Positions 26,501-34,300 of a stretch of 34,514 nucleotides of DNA are shown here, one piece after another. Origin of the DNA: Phycisphaerae bacterium (GTDB lineage: Bacteria; Planctomycetota; Phycisphaerae; UBA1845). The stretch lies in contig JBGPAW010000001.1 in NCBI GenBank assembly GCA_041480905.1, positions 1 through 34,514 on the forward strand. Reading direction: 5' to 3'. Position 1 is the stretch's first letter; each line of letters starts with the position of its first letter. The translations under genes and the position numbers were made by a program. The notes beneath the pieces were generated by a model, which was not told the DNA's origin, did no database searches, and worked only from the letters and a program-made list of their open reading frames with translations.

Positions 26501-29500
26501 TGATCGTCGTGGCCCCGGTCCAGATGATGGAGCCCGTGCGTAAGTTGATCGAGCGGCTGGACCGCCCCGATCGCGCGCGGGTGATGAAGACGGTCACGCT
26601 GGAAAAGGCCGACCCCAAGGAGATGGTGACCACCGTTCGAGCGCTGCTCTCCAGTCGTGGGGCGCTGCCGGCGGCGCCGACGACGGCGCCGGCCCGACCG
26701 GGCGGTCAACCTCCCGGAAGAGGTCGAGCGGCGCCCCCGCAACGGCCTCAAGCCGGCGAGACGGAAACCGTGACCGTTGTGGAAGCGCCGGGCGGGTCCG
26801 CCATTCTGTTGAGCGGGTACGAGGATGACGTCGCCCGGGTGGAACAGTGGATCAAGGACCTGGACGAGGCGGCCAAGAGCGGGCGGGACATCAAGATTTA
26901 CGCGCCCAAGAACGTCGCCGTCGAGGATTTCGCCGATGCGGTGATGACGCTGGTAGACTCCGGCGGCGGAGCGGCGGCCGCACCGCCCAAACCTAAAGGC
27001 GGCAAGGAAGGGGAGAGTCTCTTTGACATGGACCTTTTCAGCAAAGGCGGGCCGCGGCGCGGCAAGGACATCTACTTGGTGACCGACACCTGGGCCCGCA
27101 CCATGCTGGTCAGCGCCATGCCGTCGAAGATTCGCGAGATTGATCGGTTGTACGAGGTGTACGAAGGCAAGGAGGGCGAGGAGCCCCAGATGCCCGTCAG
27201 CAAGCCGCAACCCTACGAGATCTACACACTCAAGAATCGCAAGAGTGCTTATGACGCGGTCTGGGATCTGGAATCGTACATTGATAAGCTCTGGCCCGAT
27301 CCGAGCAACAAGCCGAAGGTGGATTACATCCCCTTCACCCCGGACCTCATTATCCGGTGTCGTCCCGAGGACATGCAGGGCGTCAAGGACCTGATCGAGA
27401 AATACGTCGACAAGCCGGGCGAGAAAACGACGCTCGAAGAACGAACGGCTTACGAGGTGATCCAGTCGCAGGGGATTACCGCACGCGATCTGGCCCGGCT
27501 GGTCCAGTCGCGCGTCGGCCCCGATAAGGTGCATCTGCAGGAGATCAGCGCCGCGGATCAAGACTACATCAAGAAGGTGGAGGAAATCACGCCGTGCGTG
27601 CTGCCGGTCTGCGCGGTGCAAGGGATGCGCGCCGTGGCTTGCGGAATGGCCGACGAACCTGCCAAGTCCACCACCCAGCCCGCGGACCTGAACTCACCAG
27701 CGTTCAACGAGCAGATGAAAATGAAACAAGACCTGCTGCGGAGCCTCTCGGATAAAACCGCCTCCGGCGGTGAGGCGGCGACGTCGCAGCCTGCCGGCGC
27801 CGAAGTCGGGCCGGGTACTCCGGCCGGCCAGCCGGCCCCGGCGACAGAGGCCGCGGGACCCGAGCAGGTGCTCACCATCGCGCCGGACGACGAGAAAGGC
27901 GTGGTGGTGATCAAGGGCACCAAGCAGGAGGTTGCCGAGCTGAAAGACGTCATCGAGAAGATCGTGGAGGAGTTGCAGAAGGTGCCGCAACCGCCGGACA
28001 TCCGCGTGTTCCGTGTGAAGTTCGTAGACGTGAACACGGCCGCCGACATTCTCGAAGCGATGTTCAACGCGCCGCGCCAGCGGAACCTGACTCCGCAACA
28101 GATTCAACAGATGCAGCAGTTGCAGATGCTGCAACAACAACAGCAGCAACAACGGCAGCAGCGTCAGCCGCAGCAACCCCCCCAGGCCGGGCAAGAAGAG
28201 GACAAGGGCAAGGGTAAGCAGCGTAAGGAGGGCGAGGAGGCGCAGCAACCGCAAACGCCGCAACAAGAGCCCGGTCAAATCCGCGTCTACCCCGACGCGC
28301 GCACGCACACGCTGATCATCCGGGCAAGTCCGGAACAATACCCCCCGATCATCAAGCTGCTGGCCACGGTCGACAAGAAAGGGACCGCCGCTGACTTCCG
28401 CATCTACGCGCTCAAGCGGCTGAACGCCGCCGAGGTGGAACAAAAGCTGAAGGAGATGCTCGGATTGGAAGGGCGGTCGGCCCGCGCCTCGCAGCCTCGT
28501 CCGACGACGCCGGGCGGTCGGCCCGGCGTGCCGGTTCAGAACCCGCAGGGGCAGCCCATAGAGTTCATGATGGACATGGGCGGCGAATCCCTCTCCCTCA
28601 CCGGCGCCGAACGCGTCACTATCTCCAGCAACCCCGCGACGAACACGATCATGGCCATGGCCCCAGAGAAGACCTTGGATCTGATCGGGCAACTCATCGA
28701 CCAACTGGAGGAGCAGGAAGTCCCACTGTGGGTGACCAAGACGTATGAGTTGAAGCATGCCGACGCCGCGGACGTGGCCGCGCAGTTGGAGAAAACGTTC
28801 AGCGGCAAGAGTCAGGGCAAAGGAGTCGAAGGCTATGATCCGTCCGACGTGAATCGGCCCACGTTCATCCCCGACGCGCGGATGAACAGCATCACCGTGC
28901 GGGTGCTGGAACTGGACCTGCCCAAGATCGAGCCGCTGATCGAGCAATTCGACCGCGAGAGCCGCGACGACAAGCCCAGGTACATCAAGCTGCAGTACGC
29001 CAAGCCCAGCGAGGTGGCCAAAAAGCTGCAAGAGGCCTTTGCCGGGGTGGGCGCGGGCAAGGGCGGAAAAAAGAGCAAGATCCAGATCACCGGCGACGAC
29101 GGGAGCATGCAGTTGATCGTGATCGCTCCGCCGGACACGTTCGCTGACCTGCAGGACATGGTCGCCAAGCTCGACGTGGAACGGACCAACCTGGAGTTCC
29201 GGACCTTCTCCCTCACCTACGCCCGGGCGCCCGAGGTGCTGCGCCAGATGACCGAGCTCGTCCGTGTACTCATCCAGACCGGGCAGAAGAGCGGCGTCGA
29301 TCTGGGCGTGTTCAGTGCCGTGGCCGACGAGCCCACCAACGCGCTCGTCGTCGCGGGTGAGCCGACCATCTTCCCCATCGTGGAAGGCGTGCTCAAGAAG
29401 ATCGACGTGCCGCCGCCCGAGCCGGTAGCCCTTGAAACGCGCATTTACCGGCTGGTGTCCGCCCAAGCGGAGGACGTGGCCAACACGATCAACCGGCTGT

Positions 29501-31245
29501 TCGGGCAGGTGCGCGGCAAGGGCGGGGCCGAGCCCGCCCGGGCCGAGCCCAACCCCAGCACCAACACCGTGCTGGTCCGAGGCACCAAGAGCCAGCAGGA
29601 GGAAATCTTCAACCAGGTCATCAAACCGCTGGACGAGTTCGCCGAGCAACCGATCAACCTCAAGCAGGCGGTGATCGACCTGCAATACGCCAAGGCGGAC
29701 GAGGTGGCCAACTACCTCAACGAGTGGTTCCGCAACCAGCAGCAGACGATCCGGGGCGCGGGGATCAAGGGCATCAACCCGCTCGATTTTACGGTCTCCA
29801 TCACACCCGAGGTGGCGAGCAACAAACTGCTGGTGACGGCCAACGACAAGAATCTCGAGCTCATCCGGCAGCGCGTGGCGGACGTGGATCGCAAGGAGTT
29901 CGGGGACCTGACGGCGCGGGTGACCATGCCGTACGCGCTCATGAACGCCGACCCCAACGCCGTGGCGCAGATCGTGAGCCGGCATTTCCAGCCGACCGGC
30001 GGCAAGATCGCGGAACGGGACCGCGTGGACGCGGCTCCGGAGGTCGCCACCATGCGCGTCGTAGTGACGGCCAGTCAGCAAAACCAGGAAAAAATCGCCG
30101 CGCTCATCGAGCAGTTGGACAAGGACAGCGTCGTGACGCGCCCCACGCACGTGGTCGAGTTGCACAACAGCGACGCCGCGGCGGCGGCCCGGGCGTTGCA
30201 GGAGATGTTCGTGCAGGGACGCGCGGGGCCCCGCGGCCAGCAGACCGTCTCGATCTCCAACCCGCAGGGCAGCAATTCACTGCTGATCCGAGCGAATGAG
30301 AAGGAGTTGGCCGAGATTCAGGCGGTCATCACCCAGATGGAAGCAACCGGGACCGCCGGCGGCGGCGAGATCAAGATCATCCCGCTCAAGTACACCGACG
30401 CCGAGGAGACTCGGGTCATCCTGGAGGAATACCTGCGCAAACCCGGCGCCCGCGGCGGGGGTCGGGGCGGCGGAGGCGGGGCCGAGTTGGTGGGCGACTT
30501 GCGGATCAGCGTTTCCACCCAGAACAACTCGCTGATTCTGTCGGGGAACGCCGAACAACTCGCCCAGGTCACCGAAGTGGTGGCCCGCATCGACGTGGAG
30601 GTGGAAGGCGCCGGCAACGTGCCCAAGATCATCCGGCTGGAGCACGCTCAGGCGTCGGCCATCCAGCCCCAATTGGAGGAACTGTTCAAACAGCAGCCGG
30701 GTCGGCGTTCGCCGGGCGGCGGAGGCGCCGCCCTCCAGCCGGTGATCGTGGCCGACGACGCGAGCAATTCGCTGATCGTGCGGGCCAACCCGGCGGATTT
30801 CAACGCCATCGAACGGTTGGTGAAGGACTTGGACAGCGAGGGAGCGGCGGGCGCCGGCATTCGGATCGTCCGCGTGGCTCCCGGGGTGAATGTGGTGGAC
30901 ATGGCGGCGATGCTCGAAGACAGCTTCAATGCCAGTCTCAAGAGCCAGCCGGGCGGTGGCGGTCGCGGGCGACCTGTCCAGCAGTTGACCATCACGCCCG
31001 ACACACGCACCAACAGCTTGATCCTGGCGGGCGCCCCGGCGATGTTCGACGATATCGAAGCCACCATACGGACCCTGGAAAAGATGGGTCCGCAGGGCGG
31101 CCAAGTCACTCGGATCATCCGTACAAAAAATGCGGATGCGCGGGACGTAGAGTCTGTTATTCGGGACCTGACGGGAGATAATACCGGCACGAAGAGTTCC
31201 GGTCGCGGGGGCGGTTCGCGCGGAAGCCGCCCACCGCGGAAGTAG
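23563..31245 (+). CDS. Giant (2560 aa) secreted protein composed of ~25-28 tandem secretin N-domain / ring-building-motif repeats; no secretin beta-barrel domain recognisable
   Basis: GGAG precedes ATG 23563. The signal-like N-terminus is RLIGPVVLSLALGAGLPTGRA|DEP, followed by a Pro/Lys-rich ~90 aa. Then ~70-100-aa units recur with the GspD N-domain hallmark (beta-strand + x(L/F)K(Y/H)xxAxE(V/T)xxxL... + D/NxxxNxL(I/V)(I/V)xAxxxxxxxIxxLIxxLD). Examples: IPLKYTDAEETRVILEEYL...STQNNSLILSGNAEQLAQVTEVVARIDVE; IRLEHAQASAIQPQLEELF...DDASNSLIVRANPADFNAIERLVKDLD; TLQYADPAEVKTVLDAL...SGRNLLIVVAPAQEMAEIAALITELDVD. It ends in an RGG-rich tail without a GspD/PilQ C-domain-like segment. Confidence 0.85.
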   Translation: MRQLRSSIRHVVTWARSARRLIGPVVLSLALGAGLPTGRADEPPAPVRKGGEPARGTTTEPAGARPSRPKPPKTSGVATKPKPSPVTPPGKTPPRPTPEGDKNPPPEGAGSAGTGPEGEPLESGIDATYEQMLKPAEERRYSISIQEGSYADLLDAFSRMSGLAILGDTPAGTVTYVSTEEMDYTAALSRMRKILFNHPEKFYLWREGNTLEVFRVTEAQRKMKPDRIHTSVHAFLAAELDEMEIVLVLYTPETGRVADLESLRDFMPDYVRIAPYRDKNALTILALARDVKKYLELVGIFETAEGDPRQLKALPIRYVLPSEAVEMLYQFMPALAESVSAPSAPPPKPRKGQHPAEASLESARGHGIDLIPYDAVRKLFVRGMPDRIAEIENYLEIIDVQRGPGDNPVIVPLKYTRVEQLLTLLRPFYTGEPAAQAPQPPAGGKGKRAPVVKAVTNESIITDTIEIYANPANNTLIVMADEEQLTKLRMYVSLLDIPSQDQTVRVKLEHAEPEAVAALTVEIAPILGPNTAVGLLVKVDPAGDGVLVIGNPQGVELAKRIIADLDQPGEGGPPAIHAYPCENAKPSALIGLLTNLDQQSAGAAPAAPPQPPGPAKKGQPRAARRPVQGGTRYYGDDATGLLYVICTDSEWEESYLPLLKKLDQQAQTDLKVVVVPVAHGDPQKIIESLVQALSGGQRGAAIPPPTMLPHPEGVMVVGASAAVVEQIRKLVAELDVDPGIERRTFTLQYADPAEVKTVLDALVVQGAGPRITPRRGGKGQPAPPPAPGAPSVQIVQSGRNLLIVVAPAQEMAEIAALITELDVDPLNLRVKVYDFPVGSNVLEIAQTLSSFYPGSAAVPVAEATEKGKPRPRQMTAPGDIRFIPQPSAHKILVSAPADMYPDIEEKIALLRPEAGIAGPMVEFFEVAHLDPQTLTGVLEPLLETKYQELVDTGVIPEKPPGKGPAAKPVSVTPDPRGDRVIVVAPVQMMEPVRKLIERLDRPDRARVMKTVTLEKADPKEMVTTVRALLSSRGALPAAPTTAPARPGGQPPGRGRAAPPQRPQAGETETVTVVEAPGGSAILLSGYEDDVARVEQWIKDLDEAAKSGRDIKIYAPKNVAVEDFADAVMTLVDSGGGAAAAPPKPKGGKEGESLFDMDLFSKGGPRRGKDIYLVTDTWARTMLVSAMPSKIREIDRLYEVYEGKEGEEPQMPVSKPQPYEIYTLKNRKSAYDAVWDLESYIDKLWPDPSNKPKVDYIPFTPDLIIRCRPEDMQGVKDLIEKYVDKPGEKTTLEERTAYEVIQSQGITARDLARLVQSRVGPDKVHLQEISAADQDYIKKVEEITPCVLPVCAVQGMRAVACGMADEPAKSTTQPADLNSPAFNEQMKMKQDLLRSLSDKTASGGEAATSQPAGAEVGPGTPAGQPAPATEAAGPEQVLTIAPDDEKGVVVIKGTKQEVAELKDVIEKIVEELQKVPQPPDIRVFRVKFVDVNTAADILEAMFNAPRQRNLTPQQIQQMQQLQMLQQQQQQQRQQRQPQQPPQAGQEEDKGKGKQRKEGEEAQQPQTPQQEPGQIRVYPDARTHTLIIRASPEQYPPIIKLLATVDKKGTAADFRIYALKRLNAAEVEQKLKEMLGLEGRSARASQPRPTTPGGRPGVPVQNPQGQPIEFMMDMGGESLSLTGAERVTISSNPATNTIMAMAPEKTLDLIGQLIDQLEEQEVPLWVTKTYELKHADAADVAAQLEKTFSGKSQGKGVEGYDPSDVNRPTFIPDARMNSITVRVLELDLPKIEPLIEQFDRESRDDKPRYIKLQYAKPSEVAKKLQEAFAGVGAGKGGKKSKIQITGDDGSMQLIVIAPPDTFADLQDMVAKLDVERTNLEFRTFSLTYARAPEVLRQMTELVRVLIQTGQKSGVDLGVFSAVADEPTNALVVAGEPTIFPIVEGVLKKIDVPPPEPVALETRIYRLVSAQAEDVANTINRLFGQVRGKGGAEPARAEPNPSTNTVLVRGTKSQQEEIFNQVIKPLDEFAEQPINLKQAVIDLQYAKADEVANYLNEWFRNQQQTIRGAGIKGINPLDFTVSITPEVASNKLLVTANDKNLELIRQRVADVDRKEFGDLTARVTMPYALMNADPNAVAQIVSRHFQPTGGKIAERDRVDAAPEVATMRVVVTASQQNQEKIAALIEQLDKDSVVTRPTHVVELHNSDAAAAARALQEMFVQGRAGPRGQQTVSISNPQGSNSLLIRANEKELAEIQAVITQMEATGTAGGGEIKIIPLKYTDAEETRVILEEYLRKPGARGGGRGGGGGAELVGDLRISVSTQNNSLILSGNAEQLAQVTEVVARIDVEVEGAGNVPKIIRLEHAQASAIQPQLEELFKQQPGRRSPGGGGAALQPVIVADDASNSLIVRANPADFNAIERLVKDLDSEGAAGAGIRIVRVAPGVNVVDMAAMLEDSFNASLKSQPGGGGRGRPVQQLTITPDTRTNSLILAGAPAMFDDIEATIRTLEKMGPQGGQVTRIIRTKNADARDVESVIRDLTGDNTGTKSSGRGGGSRGSRPPRK

Positions 31246-31250
31246 CGGTC

Positions 31251-31278
31251 AGCTTTCGGCCATCAGCTACCGGCCAAA
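31251..31278. repeat. Degenerate heptad array AGCTTTC GGCCATC AGCTACC GGCCAAA, 5 nt after the giant-gene stop
   Basis: Read directly from the sequence. The 7-nt period alternates the palindromic tetramers AGCT and GGCC. GGTCAGCTTTCGGCC resembles TGTCAGCTTTCAGCT at 16269 and the minus-strand ATCAGCTTTCGGCG at 19031..19044. It can also fold as CTTT(C)GGCC...GGCCAAAG. Confidence 0.7.
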
Positions 31279-31336
31279 GGATGGCAGGCTGGGGTCGGGA
31301 ACTCGCAATTTTGAACTCGGAAGCGAGGGTCTGGTG

Positions 31337-34300
31337 ATGAACACGATCGCCGTTTCCTTGATCGTAGGGTGGTTGGGCATTTCGGCCCTGGCCCAGGAGC
31401 AACCCGCCGGCGAAAGTACGGCGCTCTCCGAACGGGAACAGGTCGACGCGCTGATGGACGAGGCGCTGGCCCGTCAGGACGAAGCCAAGCCGCGGCCTCC
31501 GGCGCGGCGCGACACCAGGTCCGCCGACCGCAGGGAGGCTGCGCCCACCGCACCCCTCGCCACGACCAACGGCGCAGAGGAAGGCACGCCCCCCGAGCGC
31601 GCCGGTCAGCCGCTCCCGTCCATGAGCGGGGTCAACCTCTCCGGCGCCAACGTGGACATCCAGACCGTGGGGTCGGGCACCATCATCATCACCGGCAACG
31701 AGAGCGACGTAGCCATGATCGAGGCCTTGGTGGATCTGCTCGACCGCCAGGGCCCCCGGAACGAGATGCGGGTGGTCACCCTGGAACAGGCGGGCGCGAA
31801 GCGCGTGGCGGAGAAGGTGCAGTCCATCTATTCGAAGCTCAAGGCCCGGCCGGAGGACCAAGTGGCGTTGGTCGCGGTGACCGAAAGGGTGGTGGTGATC
31901 GCGGCGCCCGCCCATCTGATGGACGAAGTGCTCAACATCGTCAAGACCATCGACATCCAGGGCACATTCCCCAGCACCGCCAGCATGACCTTCCAGATCA
32001 AGCACCGCAAGGCCTCGGAAGCGGCGATCCAACTGAAGAAAGTCCTCGATGCCCTGCGCAAGAAAGCGGGCGAGGACGCCGGCCCCGAGGCCGAGATCAT
32101 CCCGCTCGACGCCAACAACACGATTCTGATCACGGCCCCGGAGAGCGAGCGTGCCAAGATTCAGGGCCTGCTGGATGCCATCGACGTGGAGCCCGCGGCG
32201 GGCTGGGGCGACGTCCTGCTGACCGTCTTCCCGCTGCGGAACAGCAAGGCGGAGGAGTTGGCCAAGACTATCAAGGAGCTGATTACGGCCCAGGCGGCGG
32301 CGGACAAGGCCAAACCGGGCGAGGAGCCGCTCCGCCGCCTGCGCATGGTGGTGCGGACGCCGGACGGTCAGCAGCGTGAGTTGCCGCCCTTGGACCTGGA
32401 GAAGCCCCTGAAGCTCATCGCGGACAAAGGGACGGAATCGCTGATCGTGGCGACGGTGGAGTCCAACGTCGCCCCGCTGGGTGAGATCGTGGACATTCTG
32501 GATGGCGTCCCCGGCGCCGAGGAAGTGGGCTGCCAGATTCTCCATCTGCGTTACGCCGACGCCGAGTCGGTTTCCAAGATGCTCGACGACATGTTCAAGA
32601 AGGGCAAGGACCTGCCCAAACCAGCCCCGGGCAGCGAGAGCAGTACGGCGGTCCCCGAAGGACCGATCGGAGAAGCTCTCTCCTACAACGTCACCCTGGT
32701 CACCGACCTGCGGACCAACACCCTGGTGGTGGCCGGCAAGGCGGCGCAGGTCGCGCTGGTCGCCGAGTTGGTGAACAAGATCGACGTACCCTCGGCCGCC
32801 ACCAAGTTCCCGCTGCGGCTGGTCCCCCTGGCCAATACCGACGCGACCCACATGGGCAAAATCCTCGAGGAACTCTTCAAGCAGCGGGCGGAATCGTTGG
32901 AGAAGAGCAACGCGGGCAAGTCCGTCGTCGAGCGGGAGAAGGTGTTCCTGGCCGTGGACATCCGCCGCAACGCGCTGATCGTCGCGGCCTCCGAGGAAAA
33001 CTACAACGAAATCCTGGAGATCACGGCCAAGCTCGACGGCGCCGGGCAACGGCTGATCGAGAACATCCGCATCATCAACTGCGCGAACACCTCCGCGGGC
33101 GACCTGGCTAAGAAAATCGAGGACCTGTGGAAGCGCAAGGCCGATCTGCGCAAGGAAGGGAAATTGCCCGCCGATCTGCCCGTCATCGTGGCGGATCAGC
33201 GGAGCAATGCGCTGGTGATCGCCTCGTCGGTGGAGGACTATGACGAGATCAAGCGGTTGGTCGATCGGCTGGAGAGCCAGCCGCTGGCCCCCATCGCCCA
33301 AATCCGGCTGATCGAGATCAAACACAACGACGCCTCCAAGATCAGTGAGATGCTCAAGAAGCTGTTTGAGGAGCGGATGAAGCAGCGCCTGATCGAGGGG
33401 CAGAAGGAGAACCCCGCCGATCGGGCGGCCTTCGCCGACGATCCGGCTACCAACACCATTCTGGTGGCTTCGTCGCAGGAGAACTACGACGAGATGATGC
33501 GGATCATCGCGGCCCTCGACACCGAGCTGGACGTGGAAGGTGTGGTCCAGTTCTTCGTCCTGCACAACGCCGAAGCGAGCACCGTGCAGAAGAAGATCGA
33601 CGACCTGTTCAAGGCCGGCATCTACAGCCCGACCAAGGGGCTGGACAGCAAGCTCATCCAGGAGCGCCAGAAAGTGACCGTGGTCGCCGACCCGCGCTCC
33701 AACGCGGTCATCGTCAGCGCCAGCAAGCCCAACCTGGCCATCGTCCAGAAACTGATCGAGGTGATGGACACGGAAGACGCGCCGCTGCTCCAGCAGGACA
33801 CGCGCGTGTTCGCGCTCGGGACGGCCGACGCCCTCAAGCTGGCCAAGATGCTCAAGGACCTCTTCGACGGCATGAAGAGCAGCGCCCCCGAGCCCGATCT
33901 GGTCCGCCCGCCGACCATCATCGCCGACGAGCGGAGCAACAGCCTGTTCGTGACCGGCTCGCGGGACAGTCTGAAGCGCTGCGACGACCTGATTGGTCGG
34001 ATTGAGGAGCAGAACGTGCAGCGCACGGCGGTGTTCCAGATCTATCCGCTCAAGCATTCCGCCGCCGCTCCGCTGGCCCAGAAGATGCAGGAGGCGTTCG
34101 ACAAGCGGGAAAAGAGCGGCGAGCAGAGCGCCCGCACCCCGATCTACATCATGGCGGACGAGAGCACCAACAGCCTGATCTGCAGCGCCTCCCGCGACGA
34201 TCAGGAACTGATCGCCAACTTGCTTACACTGTTGGACAAGCCGTCCAGCATTGCCAAGCAGTTCGAGATCTTCCCGCTGAAGGTGGCCAAGGCCCAGGGG

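Noticed and set aside
18452-30165. Other long minus-strand ORFs inside the operon: 18452..20347 (631 aa), 21129..22436 (435 aa), 25720..27621 (633 aa) and 27694..30165 (823 aa). Also 11277..12563 and 12669..13733, antisense to mutS.
   Set aside because: - All are antisense or out of frame to genes with clear family signatures.
- Their composition is dominated by R/G/P/H/L.
- They show no recognisable motifs.
- They are shadow ORFs caused by third-position GC bias.
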